DNA from: Cyanobacteria bacterium P01_F01_bin.150 | Lineage (GTDB): Bacteria; Cyanobacteriota; Cyanobacteriia; CAKZMO01 | NCBI GenBank assembly: GCA_039189765.1 | Contig: JBCCYL010000018.1 | Coordinates: forward strand, 1-64,000 | Length of the DNA: 64,000 nt | Direction: 5' to 3' | Shown: positions 49,431-61,048 of the stretch, piece by piece | Numbering within the stretch: position 1 is the stretch's first letter | How the letters are laid out: each line of letters starts with the position of its first letter | Translations under genes and position numbers: made by a program | Notes under the pieces: generated by a model | Seen by the model: the letters and a program-made list of their open reading frames with translations, nothing else | Databases searched by the model: none | What the model was told of the DNA's origin: nothing

Positions 49431-52160
49431 TCAGCTAACCATGGATTTAGGAAACCGTTGCATCAGAGCAATCAACGCTGGCGAAGGGGGGCTAGAAGCT
49501 AATGTCTCAGGCTTGTTCCAGGTAAACGGTGCATCTTGGGCCGCAGATATCCATAGCAGGCGCTTTGCTCGGGTCATCGCCACATACAGTAACCGAAACT
49601 CCTCTGCAATCTTTTGCTGTTTTGCCTGTTCCCATAACTGTTGAACATCCAAGTCGAGAAGACTAGAGTTACTTCCATTGGCTTTTGTAGATTCTGTCTG
49701 CTGGTTGTAAGGAGGCGGAGGAGAAGTCGTCGTCGTGTATCGCACCAGGGTTCGAATTTGGGCTTTAATCAGCTCGTTCAAATTAATCTTGCCTAAAAAC
49801 TGCATTTGGGGCGGAATCCACGATCGCCCAGGAATCATGCGTTCATGGAGAAACGGCAGAAACACCACATCCCAGTCCAGCCCCTTGGCCTTGTGCATCG
49901 TGATAATTGTCACCTGGCCTGCGCGGGTATATTGGGCTTCAAATTGTTCCGTTTCCACCGAGCCAAACTGTTCGGCTGTAGTAAGTTCCGTCAGCGCCGT
50001 TAACATTGCCGCAAGCGATGGGTCAAACGCCGTTTCCTGACACAGACGCTCCGAGAGTTTATCGGCGGTAGCCAACTCTGTCTGATCATACTTAAGACTA
50101 AAGGCAAGAAACGGAATAAGCTGGTGCTGGGGCAGTTCCAAGCGGGCTTTCAAGAGTTTAGTACAGTAGCGTCGTGCCATTGCAATTGCCTCAGAGGCAG
50201 GCTCCTCCAATGGCCCTGGATATAGGAAAGCCTCCGGCACCGTTGCGAGGGTATTAAAATCCTGCATGGGAATCAGTTTGCGGGTGGCCAACACTTTTAA
50301 GACCGCTTTGACATAGTTTGAAGAGTGGGGACGGTCAAGAAACCTTAGCAGCGTTAGCATTTCTGCTGGAATGGTGGAATGGCGATCGCGTTCCCCCACG
50401 TCATAGATCTCCAGACCCTGATCTTCCAAACTAACGGGAATATTGTAGTCCTGGGGCGATCTCAACCGATCGGCAATAAAGCGCCCCTGCTTATTTTCCC
50501 TGACTAAAATAGCAATTCGCAGCTCTGGATTTGCCTTTACCAATTGGACAATCCGCTGGGCAATTAACGTAACCGTGTGAAACGTATTGGGAGGACGGTA
50601 GCATTCTAGCCCCAGGCCAATGGGCGGAGGATTGGCATCAGGCTGAGGGTCGGCGGCACTAACAGGGGCGATCGCCTGGTGACGAAAAGGGGCCGGGGTA
50701 AACCTATAGCGCTGATTCACCCACTCCAATAAAAAATTAGCCGCATCCATAATAATGGCGCTACTGCGTCCAGCTTGGATCATTTCTGCCAGGTGTCCAG
50801 TGCGCTGACACTGGGCGCAAAACTGACGGAAAAAAATAGGATTGGCAGGGGTGAAGGTGGAGTTGATGGCTTGGTTAGGATCGCCAACACGGATTAGATT
50901 TTGGATTTTGGATTTTGGATTTTGGATTTTGGGGAAGCTGTTGGGGAGTTGGGGAGTTGGGGAGTTGGGGAGTTGGAGAGTTGGAGGGTTGGAGAGTTGG
51001 AGGGTTGGGGCGGTTCGGTCCCCCTCTTGGGAGGGGTTAGGGGTGGGTTCTTCTGCCTTCTGCCTTCTGCCTTCTGCCTTTACTTCTGCCTTCTGCCTTC
51101 TGCCTTCTGCCTTTACTTCTGCCTTCTGCCTTCTGCCTTCAGTTGGGGGTTCAGTGGCAAGGATTTCGAGGAGGTGGGTTTGGAGGGGGGAGGAGTCTTG
51201 GGCTTCGTCTTCAAAAATGGCAAAGATGTGAGACTGCCATTGGTGACGGATGGGGGCGTTGTCTAAAACTTTGAGGGCTGCAAGCATCATATCGTCGTAG
51301 TCAAAAGCGTTGCACTGTTGTTGGACGGATTGGTATTGCTCGTAAAGTCCGGTGGCGATCGCCAGCAGCTGTGTATAAATATCGCGACTATTCCCAGGGG
51401 TTTGATTTGTATCAAACCGGAAATGAGGCGGAGCAACGGTTTCCCATATATGGCGCAGTTGGTCTGGCCGCAGGCCTGAACTTTTGGCCTCGTGAATGAC
51501 AGTTTCTGCTAAATTTGGCAAAACTTCTGTCCGGAGTACTGACTGTCGCCGCAATCGTTCGGTTTCTTCGCCGTCAAAAAACTGACCCTGGACTAGGGTC
51601 TCAAACGCATCTGGATTGATGCTAATCCATCGTTCCACTGCACTCCGCATTAGACGATGACTTTGGGTCGGCGTCATTAAGGTCATCTGACTCATATTGA
51701 GGCCGGACTGTTCGGGGTGGCGCTGGGCAATATGGAGGGCCAGACCATGTAGAGTATGGACGGAAAAGCCAATGGCGGGAAGGGCTAAGTTGCGCAGGTC
51801 TTCGCGGATTTTAGCTTTTAGATTAGCCGCAGCGGACCGGGTAAAGGTGACAAGGATAAGCTGTTGGGATGGGGATGTTAAACTGACGGACTCAGCGGAG
51901 AAGGCCGTTTGTTGAGGCGTTGATTGAGGCGTTGGTTGGGCAAGCATTCGATTAGCTAGCACGATGACGGCGGCGATCGCCATTCCTGTGGATTTTCCGG
52001 CACCGGGTACGGCGGATACTGCTAATGGGCCGCCCTGCCAATCCACCATTCGCCGCTGTCCTGGACGCAAACTATCCTTGAGTCGCTGAAGTTCAGCTTG
52101 GATGGTCTGATCCTCCAGGGCCGTTGAAAATACTGGAGAGGAAGAGTCAAAGGAGATCAA
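49431..52160 (-). CDS. UvrD/PcrA-family ATP-dependent helicase
   Basis: AVPGAGKST, VTFTRSAA, EDEAQD, VGDPNQAI, TMHKAKGLDWD.VF, EEFRLLYVAMTRAK. Confidence 0.92.
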   Translation of the reverse strand: MISFDSSSPVFSTALEDQTIQAELQRLKDSLRPGQRRMVDWQGGPLAVSAVPGAGKSTGMAIAAVIVLANRMLAQPTPQSTPQQTAFSAESVSLTSPSQQLILVTFTRSAAANLKAKIREDLRNLALPAIGFSVHTLHGLALHIAQRHPEQSGLNMSQMTLMTPTQSHRLMRSAVERWISINPDAFETLVQGQFFDGEETERLRRQSVLRTEVLPNLAETVIHEAKSSGLRPDQLRHIWETVAPPHFRFDTNQTPGNSRDIYTQLLAIATGLYEQYQSVQQQCNAFDYDDMMLAALKVLDNAPIRHQWQSHIFAIFEDEAQDSSPLQTHLLEILATEPPTEGRRQKAEVKAEGRRQKAEVKAEGRRQKAEEPTPNPSQEGDRTAPTLQLSNPPTLQLPNSPTPQLPNSFPKIQNPKSKIQNLIRVGDPNQAINSTFTPANPIFFRQFCAQCQRTGHLAEMIQAGRSSAIIMDAANFLLEWVNQRYRFTPAPFRHQAIAPVSAADPQPDANPPPIGLGLECYRPPNTFHTVTLIAQRIVQLVKANPELRIAILVRENKQGRFIADRLRSPQDYNIPVSLEDQGLEIYDVGERDRHSTIPAEMLTLLRFLDRPHSSNYVKAVLKVLATRKLIPMQDFNTLATVPEAFLYPGPLEEPASEAIAMARRYCTKLLKARLELPQHQLIPFLAFSLKYDQTELATADKLSERLCQETAFDPSLAAMLTALTELTTAEQFGSVETEQFEAQYTRAGQVTIITMHKAKGLDWDVVFLPFLHERMIPGRSWIPPQMQFLGKINLNELIKAQIRTLVRYTTTTSPPPPYNQQTESTKANGSNSSLLDLDVQQLWEQAKQQKIAEEFRLLYVAMTRAKRLLWISAAQDAPFTWNKPETLASSPPSPALIALMQRFPKSMVS
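50897..51140. repeat. In-frame mosaic of STRR repeats inside the helicase
   Basis: (GATTTTG)5, (TTGGGGAG)n, CCCCTCTTGGGAGGGGTTAGGGGTGGG, (TTCTGCC)n blocks. Confidence 0.9.
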
Positions 52161-52280
52161 TACTCTTAAGAAAAATGAAACTAACGCACTAGAAGATTAT
52201 TCTACTAGTTACATGCTCCTAGATGATACCGCTCAATCTGCAACGGAACGAGATGATTATTCACAGGGACAATTGCTGTC

Positions 52281-52784
52281 CTAGTCTAAATAGAATAAGG
52301 TAACCACTCTATGCTGCTCTTCTGCATCTCGACAGGTCTTAAGCAAGGTGACACTGTCGTGAAACGCAAAACAAATCAACTGTTGGCAGCGAGAAATAAT
52401 ATCTTGGTTGCATGAAGAACTTGCTTCAGCCAAGGACATGGCATCATTATCTGGGTTTTCAACCAGATGGATAACTTGCTCTAGCTGTTTCCTTGATTCA
52501 ACGGGTTGACGGCTCAAACTCTGGGGCAAAATTACCGTCAGTAGGTTGGGGTTAGCTCGCATGGCCCCCTTTATTGCGGCAGAGTTAGTGCCTGTCGCTC
52601 CAGACGTCAACAAATTGTTGCCCGCTTCTACTAACGCAAAACTCATCAGCTCAATCATGTTCTGATGGGTGATGGGTACGTGGCGAGACCCTAAAATCGC
52701 AACTCGCTTGGAGCCAGTTTGTTGAATGGCTGCTAGCTCTTGCAAGTACGTATCTACAGTTGGTATATCCAGTGATTGGCTCAA
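52281..52784 (-). CDS. DprA/SLOG-like conserved cyanobacterial protein (DNA recombination-mediator protein A family)
   Basis: QELAAIQQTGSKR.A.LGSRH, TSGA.GTN.AAI.GA, LICFAFHDS; TTG start inferred. Confidence 0.8.
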   Translation of the reverse strand: MSQSLDIPTVDTYLQELAAIQQTGSKRVAILGSRHVPITHQNMIELMSFALVEAGNNLLTSGATGTNSAAIKGAMRANPNLLTVILPQSLSRQPVESRKQLEQVIHLVENPDNDAMSLAEASSSCNQDIISRCQQLICFAFHDSVTLLKTCRDAEEQHRVVTLFYLD

Positions 52785-52946
52785 GGTCAGACTTGGATGC
52801 ACGGCCCAAGTATTTTAGCAGGTTCTTTGCACTATGGGTGATTTAATGAAACATCGCAGCAATTCTCCTTTTAGGAGCATTCGCCCGTCCAAAATTCTAT
52901 TTGTGAGCTAACTTGCACAAAATCCCTCCGGAATTTTGAGAATTGC

Positions 52947-53020
52947 AATTTTAAATAAAGCTGAGGTGTGCGCCCCTCCAGAGCTCACACCTCAATAAAA
53001 ACAATTTTGTCTAGTGCTTA
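52947..53020. mobile_element. MITE family 2, second copy (left end decayed)
   Basis: TTAAATAAAG.TGAGGTGTGCGC-loop-GC.CACACCTCAAT.AAAACAATT.TGTC.AG..CTTA matches 4606-4677. Confidence 0.65.
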
Positions 53021-53100
53021 GACTACAGACTGTTCCCCAGGGGGCCAATGGGTGAACAGTGGGGCATTAGTGGGGGGCTATAGGCAACATATGGGTGAAC

Positions 53101-53237
53101 AGTGGGGGCTATTTAAGTGGGGGCTATTTAAGTGGGGGCTATTTAAGTGGGGGCTATTTAAGTGGGGGCTATTTAAGTGGGGGCTATTTAAGTGGGGGCT
53201 ATATTTAAGTGGGAGCTATTTAAGTGGGGACATATTA
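53101..53237 (+). repeat. 15-bp tandem repeat (VNTR)
   Basis: AGTGGGGGCTATTTA: 6 perfect copies from 53101 plus 3 variants. Confidence 0.95.
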
Positions 53238-53561
53238 GTTGTATCAAGATTGAACTGGGGTTTGATTAGGTGAAGGTTATGAAACAGGTTATGAAAACTG
53301 TTCTCTAAAAAGTTGAGGCTTTTAGAATCGCCACATATCTCTTTATAAAGCCTCCTTAGCACCTTAAAAGAGTTTCGCCTTATTAAAAGTTGGAGAGGCG
53401 CTACTCTCAAAAGCGATCGCCTGTCTGATAGAGTTTTAAGACTGGGTGATACAGGTTTAGCTATTAGGTCTTACCTATGCGTCCTTGTTTGATAATGAGC
53501 GTATTGTCCTACAAATATTTTTTCTCACCGAGCAGTCATTCCCTTGTTAAGTCAGAAAATT

Positions 53562-54503
53562 ATGGCAATTCCTTCCGCTGTCCACGTTACCGTTCCAGCT
53601 ACTACTGCCAATATTGGCCCTGGGTTTGACTGTTTAGGGGCAGCCCTTAGTCGCTACAACAAAGTGATTGTAACTCCGGTGAGTCAAGATGAAGCTAACG
53701 GTGCTCCGGTTGTAATCCAGGTGTCGGGCTTGGATGCAGACAAGATTGGCACCGAACCGGATAATCTCGCCTATCAAGCGTTTGCCAGACTTTACGACTA
53801 CATTGGTCAAACGCCTCCGTCAATTCGTATGGAGATTAAAGTAGATGTTCCTTTAGCCCGTGGGCTAGGAAGTTCGTCTACTGCAATTGTGGGGGGATTG
53901 TTAGCGGCAAATGGTCTGGCCGGATCGCCCCTGTCCCAGGATGAAGTCATGCAGTTGGCGATCGCCATTGAAGGCCATCCCGATAATGTTGTCCCTGCTT
54001 TATTGGGTGGATGTCAGTTGACCAGCAGCACTGAAGACGGTCAGTGGCTCGTCTGTGATGTGGAATGGCATAGCGATATTGTTCCCGTCGTGGCGATTCC
54101 TAACTTTGAATTATCTACGGCTGATGCTCGTAAGGTATTACCTGCTGACTACAGTCGTAGCGATGCTATTTTTAATGCAGCCCATATGGGCTTGTTGGTA
54201 CGAGCGCTACAAACGGGAAACAGTGAATGGTTACGGGCAGCGCTCCTGGATAAAATTCACCAGCCCTATCGAAAGACGCTGATTCATCATTATGATGCGG
54301 TGAGGCAAGAGGCGATCGCCGCTGGAGCTTATGGCATGGTAATTAGTGGAGCTGGACCAACATTACTGGCGCTTTCCAATAAGGAGCAGGCTGAAACTAT
54401 TAGGCAAGCCATGGCCAAGACTTGGGACGCTCAAGGCATCACCGCCCAGACCCAACCGCTTGAGATCGACCATCAGGGTGCAATGGTACAGATTACGACT
54501 TAG
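53562..54503 (+). CDS. thrB: Homoserine kinase
   Basis: VPATTANIGPGFD, PLARGLGSSS, EGHPDN, ISGAGPT. Confidence 0.96.
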   Translation: MAIPSAVHVTVPATTANIGPGFDCLGAALSRYNKVIVTPVSQDEANGAPVVIQVSGLDADKIGTEPDNLAYQAFARLYDYIGQTPPSIRMEIKVDVPLARGLGSSSTAIVGGLLAANGLAGSPLSQDEVMQLAIAIEGHPDNVVPALLGGCQLTSSTEDGQWLVCDVEWHSDIVPVVAIPNFELSTADARKVLPADYSRSDAIFNAAHMGLLVRALQTGNSEWLRAALLDKIHQPYRKTLIHHYDAVRQEAIAAGAYGMVISGAGPTLLALSNKEQAETIRQAMAKTWDAQGITAQTQPLEIDHQGAMVQITT

Positions 54504-54746
54504 GGGTTACTCCTTAGAAAAAAACTCACAGAGAAATCCGGTTCTCTGGAAAAGTCTTCACGTCCTCATTACCATTAGCATGTACCCTAGGAACTGTAAC
54601 GACTTCAACTGTTTATAAGTTATCTTTACAGGCCGTATTTACAAGTTATATATGCGGCTTGTGGAGCAGGCCAATAGCCGTGCCTTTAATCAGTACTGTT
54701 GTTCACAATTCGAACGGCCCATTTGCATACTGAATTTACACATTAA

Positions 54747-56393
<1,647 letters not shown>

Positions 56394-56490
56394 CTCCTCA
56401 GTAAATAAAGCTCCAGGAATTTTGCATATCCCTGGAGCCCAATACTGTGTGGGTTAAAGCTGTCTGTTGGGGCGATCACCAATAGATTGT

Positions 56491-56700
56491 ACCCTTCAAC
56501 AACCCTACTTGATTAAATCGCTCCAGCATCAACTCTAAGAGTTGATGTTCAGTATGGCCTGCCAATAGGCGATCGCGAAACTCACGCAACACTAAATGGT
56601 CAACGCCCGGATCGATTAACTCCAATGACAGCCAATATGTCCAATCGATTCCACTACGGACGGCTTGAGCCTCTTGACGATCGGAAAGATTATTGTCATT
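56491..56700 (-). pseudogene. IS1182-family transposase fragment
   Basis: Own translation: NLSDRQEAQAVRSGIDWTYWLSLELIDPGVDHLVLREFRDRLLAG..LLELMLERF..GLLK; no start, no catalytic core. Confidence 0.75.
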
Positions 56701-57003
56701 TGGCTGACCAAATTTGACAATTTCAGATATTTTGCTTGGGAACTTAGTTAGATGAATCCTGTCCTCTGTTTATAAGGCTTGTGCAGAGTCTCCATTTACG
56801 GTTCTTATCATCCATTAGCACTGGGAAAAGGTTGCATCTGTTTTCTCAGATAAATAATTAGTAATTCCAGAGTATAGATCACATTTAACTGAAGATCTTC
56901 CCACCAATCGCGAGTCTCAGTTTAGCAAAGGAATCTAACGTATAGACATGGCAGTTTATGCACGGTTTCTTTGTCTTCCTCTCTGCTAACGATATCCGCT
57001 GGT

Positions 57004-57084
57004 GGCTTGTATTCTAAGGCGGGAAACTGGGGCGCTTCGCGCCCCAGTTTCCCGTTGGGTCTTGCCTGGCTTAAGTTTTAAGCC
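57004..57084 (+). mobile_element. 81-bp double-hairpin dispersed repeat (family 1, copy C)
   Basis: GGCTTGTATTCTAAG-GCGGGAAACTGGGGCGC-TTC-GCGCCCCAGTTTCCCG-..GGCTTAAGTTTTAAGCC. Confidence 0.75.
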
Positions 57085-57251
57085 TCGCTGGTCTAGTTTG
57101 TAGATCCATCACGGTTTGGCAAGCGATTGCTTTTACCATTTTTCAAATTCTTCACCTCCTGGCTATTCGCCAGTCCTTGCCAGCACTGGTCTCTGACTGT
57201 GCTGCGGAATTTTTGACTCATTTAATTTAATTTAATTTAGGAGAATAAACT

Positions 57252-60200
57252 ATGGCTCAACCTACGGCATATGAGCAGTACATGGTTGAACTTATCAACT
57301 GGATTCGGGCGAATCCGACCGCTGCCACACAACGCTATAACGGTCCCCTAGGAAACAACACAGCTATCCCTAAGGAGCCGTTAGCCATCAATCTAGATCT
57401 GACTGATGCAGCTCAGGGTCATAGTGACGACATGTTGAGCAGAGGCTTCTTTAGCCATACCGGTTCTAATGGTAGCAGCGCTATTCAGCGGATTGAAGAT
57501 ACTGGATTCCCGCTGCAAACCTTTAGGACTCCTCAAAATCAACTGTGGTCCTATGGCGAAAATATATCAGCCAAACCATTGGAGGATTTCAACAATCCTA
57601 ACGCTGACGTCACATTTCAAGATATTGAGAATCATATCTATTGGGCGGCAGCGGGCGGTGGCTGGTGGCCGAGTACAGGACATCGAGACACTATTTTGCG
57701 AGAGGGCTATAAAGAAATTGGGGTCGGAATTGCCAATGGACCCTATGCTCGGTATAACAACAAAAGCTATTCAATTGCTACAGCCAACTTTGGCACTCAA
57801 GATCTCGATGGCATCTATAATACACAAGATTTAGATCAATCCTTCCTCACGGGGGTGGCATTCAATGACCAAGTGAGGGACGACGATTTCTACACACCTG
57901 GAGAAGGCTTGGCAGGGGTCAACATTCGGGCCATTCGGCAGTCAGACAACCAGAGTTTTACCACCCAGACATTCGGTTCAGGTGGCTATTCCTTGGCTTT
58001 AGATGCAGGCACTTATCAGGTCACCTTCTCCGGCGGCAGGCTCGCAAATTCGGTCACAGAAACGGTGCAGATTGGTTCTCAGAATGTCAAACTCGACCTT
58101 GATACGGATGAGCGCGGCATTGTCACAGACCCCAACCCGACCCCGAGTCCCGACCCCACACCAGAACCGTCACCCACACCGACTCTACCCGAAGGCAGCG
58201 TAGGCACTGACTTCAACGGTGACAGTAAGGCCGATATCCTCTGGCAAAATACCGCCACCAATCAGGTAGAAACCTGGCTGATGAACGGGACTCAGCGACA
58301 AAGGACGCAATCTATGGGCACTTTGCCTAAGAACTTTGAAGTCAAGGCCATCGGCGACTTTAATGGCGATGGTCAGGATGATTTGATTCTTCAAGGTCCA
58401 CGAGGGCAAGTCGAAGCTTGGTTCCTCAACGGGACTCAACGGAGTAGTAGTGAAACCATCTTTCAATACCTCTATGACACCAACCAGCAAGTCAAAGGAG
58501 CAGCTGACTTTAATAGAGATGGCCAAGATGACCTCCTCGTACACCATGCCACCACTGGGGAAACGGAATTTTGGCAAATGAATGGCACCGATTGGCAAGC
58601 CGATGTCGCTTTGCCATCACCCCAAAGCTTAGATTGGGCGATCGCCGGAACAGGTGATTTCAACAACGATAATAATGTTGATATTCTCTGGCGCAATCAA
58701 GCCACCGGCCAAAATCAGGTTTGGTACCTCGACGGGTTTGCCCGCATCGGCACTACAGCGTTGCCCAACGTCCGAGATGCTAACCAAACGATCGCCGGAA
58801 CAGGCGATTTCAACCAAGATGGTCAAACTGATATCGTCTGGCGTGACCAATCTACCGGTGAAAACTCGGTCTGGCTTATGAATGGAGTGCAACGCACCAG
58901 TACCGAAACCTTGCCCAGCCGCACTAATTTAGATTGGCAGACAGCGGCTAGCGTTGGCATGGCCTCAACCCCGACTCCGGCCCCAGCTCCGGCCCCGACC
59001 CCGACCCCTGAACCCATGCCCAATCCATCTCCGAATCCCAGTGGGTCAGTGGTGCCCACTGATCAATTTGATCAAGAAGTGCTGCGCCTGGTGAATCAAG
59101 AACGGACGCAACGGGGGCTACAGCCGTTTACGCTGAGCCAAAAGCTCGACGAAGCCGCTGATTTACATTCCCAGGACATGGCAGACCAAGGCTACTTCGC
59201 CCATCGCGGGTTGAATGGCTCCAGCGTTGGCGATCGCATCGAAGACGCTGGATATACCGATTGGAATCGCTGGGGTGAAAACATTGACTGGTACAGAAGC
59301 ACAGCAGAAGGTGTTGTCCAAAGCTGGATGAACAGCCCCGCTCACCGCGATAACATTTTGAATCGCGATTATACCCATATGGGTTTGGGATATGCCTTCG
59401 ATGATGATATTCAAGGTGATCACCGCTGGACCCAAGTATTTGCAGCGGGTGATTCTAACCCAGGTCAATATGTCGCCGAAACGACGGGAACAACTCCAAC
59501 ACCCGCACCCATGCCTACTCCGGAACCAGATCCCACTCCCACTCCGGCCCCCAAACCCATTGCCTCAAATGATGGAGGCAATACCATCGGAGAATACGGC
59601 ACTCTCAACCTCAATCACACCTGGAAGACGGTTGCTTTAAAGGAAAACTACAAGAACCCTGTGGTACTTGTATCCGATCCCACGATTAGAGGTGGCGATC
59701 CAGCAGCAATTCGCCTCAGAAATGTGGCTGCCAATACATTCCAAATCCGCCTCCAGGAACCCAATTATAAGGATGGTTGGCATACTACAGAGTCAACCTC
59801 CTATATGGTGGTTGAAGCAGGCAATTGGAAGCTGGCCGATGGTACTCGTCTGTCTGCGGGGATTCATAGAGGTGAAATCCTTAGCAACCAGGGGTTTAAC
59901 TCTATTAACCTCAACGGGTTCACAAAAACGCCGATGGTATTGTCCCAAGTCCAAACTTTCAACGAAAGCGATTGGCTAACGACTCGCACCACCCAGCCAT
60001 CCTCAAGAGGAGTTAAGCTGACAATGCAAAAGGAAGAAAAGCTCAATCGAGGAACCCATGCTCAAGAAGACATTGGTTGGTTTGCCATTGACCAAGGGAT
60101 TGCCTCCGATGGCGATACCTTGTTGCAAGGAAACATGACATCTCGTAGCCACAGGCATACTCGTTCTGAAGTCAAGTTTGATGCTAGCTTTGACAAAACT

Positions 60201-60401
60201 CCATCTGTGATCGCCAAGTTGGGGTCGTTTTACGGCAGAGATACTGCCACCTTGAGACTGGATGGCATAACTCGCGATGGCTTTGGTGTGCGCGTTCAAG
60301 AAGAACAGTCCCTAGATTCGGAACTTCTCCACACCACAGAATCTGTCTCTTTCCTAGCCCTTGAGGGACAATCAGGCATGTTAACGGGTGTAGATATCTA
60401 A
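57252..60401 (+). CDS. Large extracellular protein: CAP - beta-sandwich - FG-GAP repeats - CAP - C-terminal repeat domain
   Basis: AQGHSDDM..F.H/GENI/S.GHR (CAP1); GDFNGDG..DI.W repeats; WGENI..WMNSPAHRDNIL (CAP2); PT-rich linkers; AGGAG RBS. Confidence 0.85.
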   Translation: MAQPTAYEQYMVELINWIRANPTAATQRYNGPLGNNTAIPKEPLAINLDLTDAAQGHSDDMLSRGFFSHTGSNGSSAIQRIEDTGFPLQTFRTPQNQLWSYGENISAKPLEDFNNPNADVTFQDIENHIYWAAAGGGWWPSTGHRDTILREGYKEIGVGIANGPYARYNNKSYSIATANFGTQDLDGIYNTQDLDQSFLTGVAFNDQVRDDDFYTPGEGLAGVNIRAIRQSDNQSFTTQTFGSGGYSLALDAGTYQVTFSGGRLANSVTETVQIGSQNVKLDLDTDERGIVTDPNPTPSPDPTPEPSPTPTLPEGSVGTDFNGDSKADILWQNTATNQVETWLMNGTQRQRTQSMGTLPKNFEVKAIGDFNGDGQDDLILQGPRGQVEAWFLNGTQRSSSETIFQYLYDTNQQVKGAADFNRDGQDDLLVHHATTGETEFWQMNGTDWQADVALPSPQSLDWAIAGTGDFNNDNNVDILWRNQATGQNQVWYLDGFARIGTTALPNVRDANQTIAGTGDFNQDGQTDIVWRDQSTGENSVWLMNGVQRTSTETLPSRTNLDWQTAASVGMASTPTPAPAPAPTPTPEPMPNPSPNPSGSVVPTDQFDQEVLRLVNQERTQRGLQPFTLSQKLDEAADLHSQDMADQGYFAHRGLNGSSVGDRIEDAGYTDWNRWGENIDWYRSTAEGVVQSWMNSPAHRDNILNRDYTHMGLGYAFDDDIQGDHRWTQVFAAGDSNPGQYVAETTGTTPTPAPMPTPEPDPTPTPAPKPIASNDGGNTIGEYGTLNLNHTWKTVALKENYKNPVVLVSDPTIRGGDPAAIRLRNVAANTFQIRLQEPNYKDGWHTTESTSYMVVEAGNWKLADGTRLSAGIHRGEILSNQGFNSINLNGFTKTPMVLSQVQTFNESDWLTTRTTQPSSRGVKLTMQKEEKLNRGTHAQEDIGWFAIDQGIASDGDTLLQGNMTSRSHRHTRSEVKFDASFDKTPSVIAKLGSFYGRDTATLRLDGITRDGFGVRVQEEQSLDSELLHTTESVSFLALEGQSGMLTGVDI

Positions 60402-60453
60402 CCCGTTGAGTGAAAGTTTCAGGTCTGAGTAGCCAAATTTTAATTCTCAATAT

Positions 60454-60530
60454 GGCTTAAGTTTTAAGCCGGGAAGAATTTAACGGGAAACTGGGGCGCT
60501 CCGCGCCCCAGTTTCCCTCTTTGAAATATT
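60454..60530 (-). mobile_element. Double-hairpin dispersed repeat (family 1, copy D, reversed)
   Basis: GGCTTAAGTTTTAAGCC..TAACGGGAAACTGGGGCGC-TCC-GCGCCCCAGTTTCCC; module order reversed relative to copies A-C. Confidence 0.7.
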
Positions 60531-60643
60531 GTTGAATGTCTTCGCATCCAAGTGGCTGGTATCGCGCTTACCAAGCGTTCAACAGCAATACCCAAATGTA
60601 AACCACGATAGCCATTGGTGCGATCGCCCCCTTGTAAGTTCAT

Positions 60644-60733
60644 TCCGACCGCTACAGTGCATACAACTGGTTGGATGTGAATCATCGTCAAGTGTGTTGG
60701 GCGCATCTAAAGCGAGATTTGATCAAGATATCA
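60644..60733 (+). pseudogene. IS66-family transposase fragment
   Basis: Own translation: SDRYSAYNWLDVNHRQVCWAHLKRDLIKI (CWAH.R motif). Confidence 0.75.
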
Positions 60734-61048
60734 GTTTGTTTATGACACCGCTACCAGTATGTTTTTGAGCACGATTGTCCTATGGCCGCATCTTATTTGC
60801 GCTTATTTCGCTTGCCTGTCCATCACAGGGTTTGCCGTTGTTCTTAGCGATTAGCATTGCGGTTACCATTTTGCCGTTCGGATCGTTCAGGCTTGGGTGC
60901 CTATAGCGCCTCCCATTGCTCATCCGATAGGGATTCAAAGAAGGTGCGCATGGGTTCACGCATTGTTTGGGCCACTTCACGAATCTCGGCGCGATCGCCA
61001 CTTTCACACGCCTCTTCAATATCCAGGTTCTCGGTAGTGTCTACGACA

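Noticed and set aside
50842..51266. Plus-strand ORFs with FCLLPSA/ILDFGFW repeats
   Set aside because: Antisense translations of STRRs inside the helicase
53052..53273. 15-bp array as a CRISPR, or ORF (WGLFK)n as a gene
   Set aside because: No unique spacers and no cas genes; the ORF is just the translated repeat
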